Positions 54,627 to 64,000 of a stretch of 64,000 nucleotides of DNA are shown here, one piece after another. Location: positions 288,001 to 352,000 of the forward strand of contig CAWBMV010000037.1 of NCBI GenBank assembly GCA_963789955.1. The letters run 5' to 3'. Under the pieces are notes generated by a model, which worked only from the letters and a program-made list of their open reading frames with translations, was not told the origin of the DNA and ran no database searches. The DNA is from an uncultured Candidatus Rokubacteria bacterium (lineage in GTDB: Bacteria > Methylomirabilota > Methylomirabilia > Rokubacteriales > CSP1-6). The position numbers and the translations under genes were made by a program. How positions within the stretch are numbered: position 1 is the first letter of the stretch; each line of letters starts with the position of its first letter.

Positions 54627-54999
54627 TCATCGCGGGACCTGGATGACCGTGAACTGCAGCACGCCGTCGGTGATGTGGCCGTCGACCGACAAGGCCTTCC
54701 ACTCTGCCCGATACTGGCCGGCCGCGCAGTGAATAGACCAGCGTGTCCGCGGCGGTCGCGTCGGGGTTCATCAGAAGGACCCGGGCGTTTCGCGGCCCAC
54801 CGACGAGCAGCACCGACGACAGGCGAGCCTCGATGCGGCTGTTGAACTTGAGCACGAGCTGCGGGGGCGCCGGCAGTGACGCGTCGGCCTTTGGGACCGA
54901 ATCGACAAGCAGTGCATGCGCGGACAGCAGCGAGACGGGACCTAGTGCCAGCAAGGGCGCGATCAGAATCCCTCGCGCGACGGCCATCAACGGCTTCAT
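54627..54999 (-). CDS. copC: Copper resistance protein CopC (frameshift near 54725)
   Basis: Signal then HALLVDSVP, LKFNSRIE, YRAEWKALSVDGHITDGVLQFTV. Confidence 0.88.
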
Positions 55000-55140
55000 G
55001 CGCAGGACCGAGTCCGCGAGAGCTGAAACGGCCGACAGAGCACGAACCCCTCCCTCTGTTCACGCGAAGAAAATGGTGCTTCGGTGTTGCCGTACGCCGC
55101 TCAAGTGCGCGGACGGCGACCGCTGCGAGCTGCTGAGACG

Positions 55141-55710
55141 TCAGGGAACGATCGAGGGAGGAGCGCGTCCCCGCTGGGGACCGAGCGGGCGTGTGTCGGG
55201 CTGGAGCGGATCGACGACCGCGACGCAAGACTCGGTGGCGCCGAGACTTGCAGGGTCCGTATGAGGCGGATCAGCCGTGCCGCTGACGTGCGACGCGACC
55301 GAGGCAACGACGCAGCGCGCCGCGCCCTCGGCGTCACCGAGATGATGAACGGCGTGTACCGCCGTCTCGAAGGCGGCAATCGTGAGCAGCACCGCGAACG
55401 CCATCGCGCCGAGCCGGAGTCGCCGTCGCGGCAGAAGGTTCAGAACGGCAACCGCGAGGCACACCCCGAGGACCGACGTCGCCGCCGGCAGCGCATCGAG
55501 AGGGGCGACGTCCGACGCGCGGACCTCGTAGACGCTCGCGCCAGTCTCCTCGACTGGAGAGATGGGCGCCGGAACAGGGGAACGCGTCGCTACGGCGGGG
55601 GCGAGCGAATCCGGATGGGCCGATGCCGGCACCACGGTGCCAGCGAGCAGCAGCGCGACCGCTGCGATGAGCGTCGCCATCGGCCTGAGCAGGGGCCGTC
55701 GCATCGTCAT
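55141..55710 (-). CDS. HxVHHL/RAPP leader membrane protein, copy 2 (intact)
   Basis: PASA-HP signal, two TMs, FETAVHAVHHLGD...CVVASVASH, GRAPPSIVP*. Confidence 0.78.
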   Translation of the reverse strand: MTMRRPLLRPMATLIAAVALLLAGTVVPASAHPDSLAPAVATRSPVPAPISPVEETGASVYEVRASDVAPLDALPAATSVLGVCLAVAVLNLLPRRRLRLGAMAFAVLLTIAAFETAVHAVHHLGDAEGAARCVVASVASHVSGTADPPHTDPASLGATESCVAVVDPLQPDTRPLGPQRGRAPPSIVP

Positions 55711-55762
55711 CACGGGCACTGTATCACGGCATCGAAACCTGACCGCCCGCGCGGACCCGACA

Positions 55763-58018
55763 TCACTCGAGCCGCGGGGTGAAGCCCTTGACCGAGGCGT
55801 ACTGGTCCGGCCACGGCAGGTCCCATCCCTGCTCGTACGCGGCGTGCCGCGTCCAGTAGGGATCGTACAGATGACCGCGGGCGAGCACGCAGAGATCCGC
55901 GCGGCCCGCGGCCAGGATGCTGTTCACGTCGTCGTAGGAGGCGATGCCGCCGACGGTCATCGTCGGGATCTCGGCGTCGCAGCGGATGCGGTCGCTGAAC
56001 GGCGTCTGATAGAGCCGGCCGTACTCCGGCTTCTGGTCGGGCACGGTCTGCCCGGTCGACACGGTGACGATGTCGCAGCCGTGCTCGCGGAGCGCGCGCG
56101 CGAAGCCCACCGCTTCGTCGAAGTCGAGCCCACCTTCGGCCCAGTCCGTCGCCGAGATCTTCACCGACATCGGCCGGGCCGATGGCCACACACCGCGAAC
56201 CGCGTCGAACACCTCGAGCGGATAGCGCGCGCGATTCGCCGCCGAGCCCCCGTAGTCGTCGGTCCTCACGTTCGTCAGCGGAGAGATGAAGCTCGCCAGC
56301 AGATACCCGTGGGCCATGTGGAGCTCGAGCATGTCGAAGCCCGCCTGCTCCGCCATGCGGGCGGCACTGACGAACTGCTCGCGCACGCGGCTCATGTCCT
56401 CGCGGTCCATCGCCTTCGGCACCTGGCTGTGGGGATGATACGGGATCGCGGAGGCCGAGATCAGCGGCCAGTTGCCCTCGGCCAGCGGCTCGTCCGCCCC
56501 TTCCCAGAGGCGCCGCGTCGACCCCTTGCGGCCCGCGTGGGCGAGCTGGAGCGCGATCCGCGCCGGGCTCGCCGCGTGAACGAAGTCGACGATGCGCTTC
56601 CAGGCCGCCACGTGCTCGGCTTTGTACATGCCGGTGCAGCCGCGCGTGATCCGGCCATCGCGGCTGACGTCGGTCATCTCCGCGATCACCAGCGCTGCGC
56701 CGCCGACCGCGCGCGAGCCCAGGTTCACGAGATGCCAGTCGCCAGGTGTCCCGTCGTCGGCCGAGTACTGGCACATCGGCGAGACCACGATGCGATTCGT
56801 GAGCAGCATGTCGCGCAAGCGAAACGGCGTGAACATCGGGGGCGGCGGCGGCGAGACGGAAACGGCAACCTGGCTTTGATCCTCGGCTCGCGAGACGAAC
56901 CATCGATCGACCGCGCTGACGAAGCGCGGGTCGCGAAGCTTCAAGTTGTCGTGGGTCACGCGGAAGCTCCGCGTCAGGAGGCTCATCGCGAACTGGAGCG
57001 GCTCGAGGCGGCCGTGGTAGCGCTCGGCCGTCTCGAACCACTCGAGGCTCACCTGCGCGGCGCGCTGGAGACGCTCGACCTCCGGCCGCCGGTCCTCCTC
57101 GTACGCCGCGAGCGCCTTCTCGACCTCGCCGTGGCTCTGAAGCGCCTGCGCGAGCGCGATCGCGTCCTCGAGCGCGAGCTTCGTGCCCGAGCCGATCGAG
57201 AAGTGCGCGGTGTGCGCCGCGTCCCCCACCAGCACGACGTTCCCGTGGCGCCAGCACGCGTTGCGGACCGTCGGGAAGCTGCGCCAGAGGGAGCGGTTCT
57301 TCAGGAGCCGGTGCCCCTGGAGCTCCTGGGCGAAGAGGCGCTCGCAGAAGGCCAGGGTCTGGTCCTCGTCGGCCCGGTCGAGACCGGCGCGGCGCCAGGT
57401 GTCCTCGGTCGTCTCGAGGATGAACGTCGACATCGACGCGTCGTACCGATAGGCGTGCACGCGCCAGAGACCGTGGGGGCTCTCCTTGAACAGAAACGTG
57501 AACGCCGGATACGGAAACGTCGTGCCGAGCCAGACGAACTTGTTGGGTCGCCAGTCGATCTGCGGCCTGAAATGCTCGGCATAGCGGCCGCGGACGACGC
57601 TGTTCACGCCGTCGGCGCCGAGCACGAGGTCGGCGTCGGCGTAGTCACTCGGGTCGCCGACATCACGCTGGAACTCGAGCCTCACGCCGAGCTCGGCGCA
57701 GCGCCGCTGGAGGATGTCGAGCAGGACCTGGCGCGACATCCCGGCGAAGCCGTGGCCGGTCGAGGTCAGCACCTGCCCGCGGTAGTGGATCTCGATGTCG
57801 TCCCAGTGGGCGAAGTGGCTCGTGATCTCGGCGTGGCTCTCGCGATCGGCCGCCGCCACGTGCTCGAGCGTCGCGTCGGAGAACACGACGCCGAATCCGA
57901 AGGTGTCGTCGGGCCGGTTCCGCTCGACGACGGTGACGTCGTGGGCGGGATCCGACTTCTTCATGAGCAGGCTGAAGTAGAGGCCTGCCGGGCCGCCCCC
58001 GATCGAGACGATCCTCAT
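55763..58018 (-). CDS. Bifunctional anthraniloyl-CoA monooxygenase/reductase (salicylyl-CoA 5-hydroxylase/oxidoreductase family)
   Basis: GGGPAGLY, DDTFGFGVVFSD, GDAAHTAHFSIGSGTKLA monooxygenase fused to an OYE domain (SPMCQYSA, HMAHGYL). Confidence 0.92.
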   Translation of the reverse strand: MRIVSIGGGPAGLYFSLLMKKSDPAHDVTVVERNRPDDTFGFGVVFSDATLEHVAAADRESHAEITSHFAHWDDIEIHYRGQVLTSTGHGFAGMSRQVLLDILQRRCAELGVRLEFQRDVGDPSDYADADLVLGADGVNSVVRGRYAEHFRPQIDWRPNKFVWLGTTFPYPAFTFLFKESPHGLWRVHAYRYDASMSTFILETTEDTWRRAGLDRADEDQTLAFCERLFAQELQGHRLLKNRSLWRSFPTVRNACWRHGNVVLVGDAAHTAHFSIGSGTKLALEDAIALAQALQSHGEVEKALAAYEEDRRPEVERLQRAAQVSLEWFETAERYHGRLEPLQFAMSLLTRSFRVTHDNLKLRDPRFVSAVDRWFVSRAEDQSQVAVSVSPPPPPMFTPFRLRDMLLTNRIVVSPMCQYSADDGTPGDWHLVNLGSRAVGGAALVIAEMTDVSRDGRITRGCTGMYKAEHVAAWKRIVDFVHAASPARIALQLAHAGRKGSTRRLWEGADEPLAEGNWPLISASAIPYHPHSQVPKAMDREDMSRVREQFVSAARMAEQAGFDMLELHMAHGYLLASFISPLTNVRTDDYGGSAANRARYPLEVFDAVRGVWPSARPMSVKISATDWAEGGLDFDEAVGFARALREHGCDIVTVSTGQTVPDQKPEYGRLYQTPFSDRIRCDAEIPTMTVGGIASYDDVNSILAAGRADLCVLARGHLYDPYWTRHAAYEQGWDLPWPDQYASVKGFTPRLE

Positions 58019-58048
58019 CGCCTCGATTCTAAGCCAGCACGCCGATGG

Positions 58049-59274
58049 CTACTTCGGAAGCTTGATCGTCTGCGTCACCGTCTTGAGAACGGGGAACTGC
58101 TCCTCGTGCCAGGCCACTACGAAATCGCCGCCCGGCGCCACGGCCACGTCGGGCGCGTAGGCCTTGATCGCCTGCGGACAGGGACTGGGGCGCGCTGAGC
58201 GTCCGGCCGCCGTCGGTCGAGTAGCGCAGCAGGACACGCCGCCGCACGGCGGTCGCCTCCTCCCACACGATCACGACGCGACCGGTCGGATCCGCGGCGA
58301 GCCGCACCTGGTCGGGGATGGAGCCGGTGCGAGCTATTGAGGCGCGACGGGCGACCAGAATTGAGGTCGTCGCCGGCGGCGGCAAACAGCATGCGCGGCT
58401 GCCCGTCCGCCGTCTCGGTGTACCAGGCGAGGTAGACGCGCCCGCGATCGTCCATGGCGACGCTGCCGCCGCGATGCGGGCAGGCGTTGATCTTCCAGCG
58501 ATCGGCGTGGACGAGTCCGGCCGGCGCGAACGATCGCCCGCCGTCGCGCGACAGGCCGACCACCATGTCGCGGATGCTTCCGGGGAACACCTTCCGCCAG
58601 GCCACGGCGACCGTCTCCCTCGGCCCCGCCGCGACGTCGATCCGGCAGCAGACGCACGTTTCGCCCTCGTCGAGCTTCAGCGCCCGCTCGACGCGCGATC
58701 CGCGCTCCGTGACGCGCGCCAGATACGTGCCGGCGGTGCTCGGGCCGTCGCGACTATCGATCCAGGACACGATCACGGTGCCGTCCGGCATCGCGCCGAG
58801 CCCCTCGAACGAGTGCGAGATCGGCCGGTCCTCGTTCACCCGCAGGGGCGCCGTCGAACGTCTCGCCCTCCGTCGAGCGAGCGCGAGAGACGAAGATCCG
58901 AGGCGAAGAGCGCGCCCTCGGGCAGTCGGCTTGCGCGACGACCACGACACGTAGACTTCGTCGTCCGGCCCCAGCGCCAGCCCGGGCGGCTGATGCAGCG
59001 AGTCGACGTCAGACGCCGTCGGGGTTGACGCGCACCGGCTTGGGCTCGCTCCCGGGCCGCGCGACGAACAGATTGTTGTCGTGGCCCTGCTGGGCGAACC
59101 AGGCGAGCACGATCTGGCCGTCCGCGCTGACCGCCAGGGCCGGAGCGGAGACGTGCGCCTCGTGGGCCTTCTCGAAGACCGTCAGCTCCTGGCGCGGACC
59201 GAGCGCCGGGCCGGCGGCCTCGGCGGGCATCGCGCCGAGGACGAGAGCGAGCGCCGCGACGAGGTGATCATCAT
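58049..59274 (-). CDS. Sialidase/BNR-repeat-like periplasmic protein (several frameshifts)
   Basis: Asp-box-like SRDGGRSF and STDGGRT, ETCVCC, CPHRGG. ATGA overlap with the receptor stop. Confidence 0.75.
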
Positions 59275-61394
59275 TTGAACCTCCAGCTCACGCCGCCGTA
59301 GAAGGCGCGCCCGTCTCCGGGCTCGAAGTAGCGCCCGTTGGCGTTGTCCACGACCACGGACGAGACGTAGTTCGTAGTTGGCGAGGTTGCGCGCCTCGAA
59401 GAAGACGCTCAGGTTGATGGGCGGCTTGAGATCGAATCCCATCCGGACGTTGCCCAGCGCATAGCTCGGCGTTTTCACGGTGTTCTCGCTGTTGACGAAG
59501 TAGCCGGCCGGCACCCACTCGACGCTCGGCGCGATCCAGAAGCCCGAAAAATGGTCGTAGCGCAGCTCGCCCCGGATGAAGTGCTGGGGCGCGCCCGGAA
59601 TATAGTTGTTGTTGAAGACCGGATCGTCGACGAAGACGAAGCGCGAATAGGTGTAGGCAACCCGCGTGGCCAGGGTATCGCCCATGTCGCCCAGGCCCAT
59701 GCTCTTGGCCGCGTCGCGGACCAGCACGGCGCTGGCGCCGAATTCCACACCCGAGTGCCGCGAGCGATCGATGTTGTTGAAGCGCGGGATCGTGAAGGGC
59801 GCGCCCGGGAACGGCTGGACATTGACGTTCGTGATCTCGTCCCACAGCTCGATGTCGTACAGGGCGACGTCCCAGGTCACGCGATCGGCGAACGTTCCAC
59901 GGGTGCCCACCTCGAACTGCCACGCCTTCTGCGCCTCGAGCTGGCTCAGGTCGCCGCCGATCTGGCCCGGCGCCGTCAGCTCGAGCATGAGCGGTGGCTC
60001 GTACGATTTGCTCGCGTTGCCGAACACCTGGATGGTCGGCGCGACCCTCCAGAGGAAGCCGAACTTCGGGGCGAACGAGAAGAAGTCCACCGAATCGGAC
60101 TGGTTGCCGTCACTCAGAAACCGATCGCGGACTTCACGGGTCGCGTACTGGGCACGGCCGCCGACGACGGCGGTGAAGGTCGGAACGATATCGAACTGGT
60201 CCTCGGCGTACGCGCCCACGTTCGTCGAGATGTTGAACTGATCCTTGGTCTTGGCCCCGCGATGCCCGCTCAGGTTCTGGAGGTTGCACATCGATCTGCC
60301 GGGTGGAGAAGTACTGCAGACCGGCGATGAACCGGTTCCCATGCGAGAACAGCGGCGCCGTCACCGCGTACCGGAGCTCGGTGCCCCAGTTGTACGTGGT
60401 CTGGTCGATGACGGCGAAGCTGAGGGGGTGGTCGAGATCCTGATAGTCCAGCTGAGTTTTCCATTCCAGGATCTGGGTCTGCGCCGAGCGGCGTCCGGAG
60501 CGTCAGGCCGCCGCGGCCGTAATCGTAGTTCCGCTCCTGCCGGAACTGAGCGACGGTCGGGTCTTGCTGCCGCGGATTGCTCAGGAACTCCTGCAAGGTC
60601 AAGGCACCGGGCAGCTCTTCCTCGCTGTGGGTGTACCCGAGATCGAGGCGGATCGTGGTGCCGCCCGGAAACAGGTATCCGAAGGTGGCGAAGGCGCGAC
60701 GGCGCACCTGCTCGCTGTGATCGCGATAGCCGTCGAGCTCGGTGTCGGCGAAGGCCGCGTAGATATCGAAGGGGCCGTAGACCTGGCCCGTCCCGATGTA
60801 GTTCTTCAAGAAGCCGAACGAGCCGGCCTCGCTCCGGATCGCGACCAGGCCCTCGTCGTATCCCGTCTTGCTGACCAGGTTGATCGCGCCGCCGAGCGTA
60901 TACCCGCCAAACTGGAGCGCGTTGGCGCCCTTGTAGATCTCGATGCGCTTGGTCGTCAGGAGCTCGAGGGACTCGAAATCGCTGAACCCATCGGCCTGGC
61001 CGTAGATGAAGCCGTCGATCAGGACGTTGATGCCGCGCAGGTGGAAGTTGTTGCGCAACCCGGAGCCCCGAATCGAGAGCTGGCTCTCGTCGGCGGCGCC
61101 GAAGCGCGGGCGGATCATGACACCCGGGACGAAGTCGAGCACGTCCCTGAGGTTCGCCCCGCGCGTCTGCTCGATCGCCTTCTGATCGACGATGGCGGTG
61201 CCGCCGGGAACGCGCGACAGCTCCTCGCGGGCTTCCTGATCGGTGCGCGTGCGGTCCGCGAGGCACCTCGGGGACTTTCAACCACGACCGGTTCGAGCCG
61301 GGGTGGCGACTGCTGAGCCGGTGGCGCCGTCGGTTGCTGCGCCAGGGCCGGAACGGCGAGGAGCAGGATGAGTATCGAGCACGACGATCCGCAT
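59271..61394 (-). CDS. TonB-dependent outer-membrane receptor (several frameshifts)
   Basis: LEPVVVE TonB-box-like segment, plug VPGV...LSIRGSG...IDG...IEIYKGANA...GGAINLVSK, FFEARNL, C-terminal SWRFK*. Confidence 0.9.
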
Positions 61395-61403
61395 GAATGG
61401 CTC

Positions 61404-62178
61404 CTATCGAAGCCGGAATTCCACGGGGAGTAGCACCCACACACCGACCGCTTCCGATCCGCGTCGGCCGGCTCGAAGCGCCAGCGCTTCACGGCCTCGG
61501 CGGCCGCGCTGTCGAGATCGGGATGTCCTGCGGACTCGTGAACGAGTACCTCGCTGACACGTCCGTCGGAGGCGACGTAGACGCGCAGGGTCGTCATGCC
61601 CTGAATCCCGAGGCGCCGCGCGCTGCTCGGGTACGACGGCCGCACCTGATAGCCGCCGCGCGGCAGCGCCGTGCTGGTGATCGCGTCGGAGGGACGCGCC
61701 GCCGCGCTCTGCTGCGGGGCGGAAGCGTCCGTCTTCGCGCTGCCGCGGCCTGGCTCGACCCGACTCGCGGAGGTCTCGTCTCACGCGCGGCCTCGAACGA
61801 CGTCGAGGACGCCGATCCACTGACCGGCTCGCGGGGCGGCGGTGACGGTTCAGCCGCTGGAGCCGGCGGGGCGGAATCCGAGTTTCGACCGTCTGCGGTT
61901 CCGCGATCGGCGCCGGCATCGGCGTCGCGATGGGCTTCGGCAAGGTCAACTCTTCGGGCTTGCCGGCGGCGGCGGCGCGCGGCGCCGGCGGGCCGGCCGC
62001 GGGCTCCTCGAGCGGCCGCGGCGCGTCGACCAGAGTCAGGTCGGCGATCAGGACCGCCGGCATCCTTGGGCGTGACGAGATCACGACCGAGCGCGATCGC
62101 GCCGCCCACGAGTGCGACGTGGAGCAGGCACGAGATGCCGAACGTCGTACAACGGTACAGCGGTATCGCCTTCGCCAT
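61404..62178 (-). CDS. tonB: Energy transducer TonB (frameshifted)
   Basis: TM with SCLLH (SxxxH), Pro-rich linker, PSYPSSARRLGIQG...DG...LDSAA...WRFEP...LPVEF. Confidence 0.88.
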
Positions 62179-62221
62179 GAGTTCGCGGAATCCGCCTCTC
62201 GAAAAATTGACGGTGGAGTCC

Positions 62222-62248
62222 AGCGGACCGGAAAGAGTCCGGGCCGCT
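62222..62248 (-). promoter_or_regulatory. GC hairpin between RAPP leader stop and tonB start
   Basis: AGCGG-C-CCGGA-CTCTT-TCCGG-T-CCGCT on the minus strand. Confidence 0.5.
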
Positions 62249-62266
62249 ACCAGCGGGAACGCGAGC

Positions 62267-62785
62267 CTAGGCGGAGATCGGCGGGGCGCGGCCCTGATGG
62301 GCCGAGAGGGACAGCGCGTCGACGGCCGGCTGATGCTGGACGACGAGACGCTCGTACGAGGGCAGAACGAGGTACTCGGGCGTCGTCGCGTCGACCGGCG
62401 TACCGGACAGATGAGCGGACGCGGCCGCGACGTGACACGTCAATCCCGAGCGCAGATCGTCGAGATGACGGAGATCGTTGAGATGATGAACCGAGTGCAC
62501 GCCGTTCTCGAAGGCGAACAGCGCGAGGATCAGCACGATCGCCAGCGCGAGCGCGCGCCGCGGACGCCGCCACGCGACGATCAGCGCCGCCGCGGCGGCG
62601 AGGATGGCCGGCCAGGGCACGGCAGGCGGCGTCGGCGCTGAGGACCAGGTTGCCGTCGACACGGCGACCGTCGGCGCCGGCGTCTGGGCGACGGCCTCGA
62701 ACGCGGGATGCGCCCACGCGGGTCCGCACCAGGACGCGCACGCGACCAATACGAGCGCGGTGATCAGGGTAAAACGGCGAGGCAT
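62267..62785 (-). CDS. HxVHHL/RAPP leader membrane protein, copy 3 (intact)
   Basis: PAWA-HP signal, two TMs, FENGVHSVHHLND...CHVAAASAH, GRAPPISA*. Confidence 0.8.
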   Translation of the reverse strand: MPRRFTLITALVLVACASWCGPAWAHPAFEAVAQTPAPTVAVSTATWSSAPTPPAVPWPAILAAAAALIVAWRRPRRALALAIVLILALFAFENGVHSVHHLNDLRHLDDLRSGLTCHVAAASAHLSGTPVDATTPEYLVLPSYERLVVQHQPAVDALSLSAHQGRAPPISA

Positions 62786-62846
62786 CGGCGACATCCTAGC
62801 ACGGAACCGCGTGGCACCCGCCGGAGCACGGATGGCCCGCAGATTA

Positions 62847-62876
62847 TTGACACGCGGCCGGAGCCTTCGGCATAGT
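62847..62876 (+). promoter_or_regulatory. Sigma70-type promoter candidate
   Basis: TTGACA-18 nt-CATAGT upstream of ATG 62891. Confidence 0.5.
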
Positions 62877-62890
62877 CGCCGCGGGCGTAT

Positions 62891-63757
62891 ATGGCCAAGA
62901 GCGTCTTTCGCGAGTACGACCAGCAGGCCCTCGACGCCGAGTACAACAATCGCGAGAAGGTCACCGACAGCGCCGACTGGCTCTCACGCTACGCGATCGC
63001 CAGTGCCGAGACCCGCGCCACGCTCGAATGCCGGCTCGATCTCGCCTACGGCGCGCACCCCGGCGAGCGCCTGGACGTCTTCCCCGCCAAGAACGGGCCC
63101 GCGCCGGTGCACGTGTTCGTCCACGGCGGCTACTGGCACCGCCTGGACAAGTCTGATTCGAGCTTCGTCGCGCGCGCATTCCAGCCGTCGGGCGCGGCCG
63201 TCGTCGTCATCAACTACGCGCTGATCCCCACGGTCGACATGGACGAGCTCGTGCGGCAGTGCCGCGCGTCGATCGTCTGGGTGCACCGCCACGCCACCTC
63301 GTTCGGCGGCGATCCGAACCGGATCTTCGTGTCGGGTCACTCCGCCGGCGGGCATCTGGCCGCCATGCTGATGTCGACCGACTGGAGCGCCTTCGCCGGG
63401 CTACCCGCCGACGTCTTCAAGGCCGGCTGCGGCATCAGCGGGCTCTACGATCTCGAGCCGATCCGCCTGTCGTACCTGAACGAGGTCTTGAAGCTCACGC
63501 CCGAGTCGGCGCGCCACCTGAGCCCGGTTCACTGCCCGCCGGCGCGCTCCGGGCCGCTCCTGCTCGCCGTCGGCGGGCTCGAAGGCCCCGAATATCACCG
63601 CCAGGGCGAGGAGCTCGCCGCGGTGTGGCGCACCAAGCGGCTGCCGTGTCAGGCGCTCGACATGCCCGGCCATCATCACTTCTCGATCCTCGCCGAGCTC
63701 GAAGATCCGGGCACCACGTTGAGCCGCCTGCTGCTGCGTCAGATGGGCTTCCGCTGA
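62891..63757 (+). CDS. Alpha/beta hydrolase, arylformamidase/kynurenine formamidase-like
   Basis: LDAEYNN, FVHGGYW, GHSAGGHL, ISGLYDLEP, HHHFSI. Confidence 0.82.
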   Translation: MAKSVFREYDQQALDAEYNNREKVTDSADWLSRYAIASAETRATLECRLDLAYGAHPGERLDVFPAKNGPAPVHVFVHGGYWHRLDKSDSSFVARAFQPSGAAVVVINYALIPTVDMDELVRQCRASIVWVHRHATSFGGDPNRIFVSGHSAGGHLAAMLMSTDWSAFAGLPADVFKAGCGISGLYDLEPIRLSYLNEVLKLTPESARHLSPVHCPPARSGPLLLAVGGLEGPEYHRQGEELAAVWRTKRLPCQALDMPGHHHFSILAELEDPGTTLSRLLLRQMGFR

Positions 63758-63775
63758 GGCGTAGAATTCGGTTGA

Positions 63776-64000
63776 ATGGCCGACTTCCTCCCCTTCGTCC
63801 GCCGCTGGTTCGATGACACGTTCGCCGAAGCCACCCGCGCCCAGCGCGAGGGCTGGGACGCGATCGCCTCCGGGCGCGACACGCTGATCGTCGCGCCGAC
63901 CGGCTCGGGCAAGACCCTGGCCGCGTTCCTGTGGGCCATCGACCATCTCTGCCGGCTCGCCCTCGATCGTCAGCTCGAGGACCGCGTCTACGTCGTGTAC
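63776..64000 (+). CDS. lhr: Lhr-like DEAD/DEAH helicase, N-terminus (truncated by window edge)
   Basis: Manual translation VRRWF...TRAQREGW...TLIVAPTGSGKTLAAFL (Q motif plus Walker A). Confidence 0.8.
   Translation, partial: MADFLPFVRRWFDDTFAEATRAQREGWDAIASGRDTLIVAPTGSGKTLAAFLWAIDHLCRLALDRQLEDRVYVVY

Noticed and set aside
55562..58198. 878-aa plus-strand ORF and similar long Arg/Ala-rich ORFs throughout the window
   Set aside because: Antisense or off-frame shadows typical of high-GC DNA; no motifs, and they overlap well-supported genes.

Overview
This is a high-GC bacterial window. Gene content and codon style are compatible with a soil Rokubacteria/Methylomirabilota-like diderm, but that is inference and untested. 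Many genes are broken by single-base indels, most likely long-read consensus errors, so several CDS below are stitched across frames. In order, the window holds: the 3' half of a type II secretion cluster (gspK-L-M-C-D); nucleoside/sugar salvage genes; an unannotated CxxU selenoprotein with a SECIS-like hairpin; an SDR-RidA-MarR-OYE block; a ~6.3 kb island of gene fragments that appears to have replaced the 3' end of a GNAT gene; a catabolic/ABC cluster (M20, PaaK-like, MetE-like, Liv transporter, two QueG/RdhA-like Fe-S proteins); glutamate dehydrogenase and mixed enzymes; and a ~15 kb copper/metal region (CopC, CopD, cupredoxin-like, cytochrome c, TonB and TonB-dependent receptor). The best candidate for a new system is in that last region. 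Three paralogous membrane leader ORFs share the pattern signal-peptide-His ... HxVHHL ... C ... H ... GRAPP-stop. Each heads a metal-related gene block and is followed by a hairpin, which suggests metal-responsive ribosome-arrest control by a His-based analogue of CruR/CutF. No rRNA, tRNA, CRISPR array or transposase was recognised.
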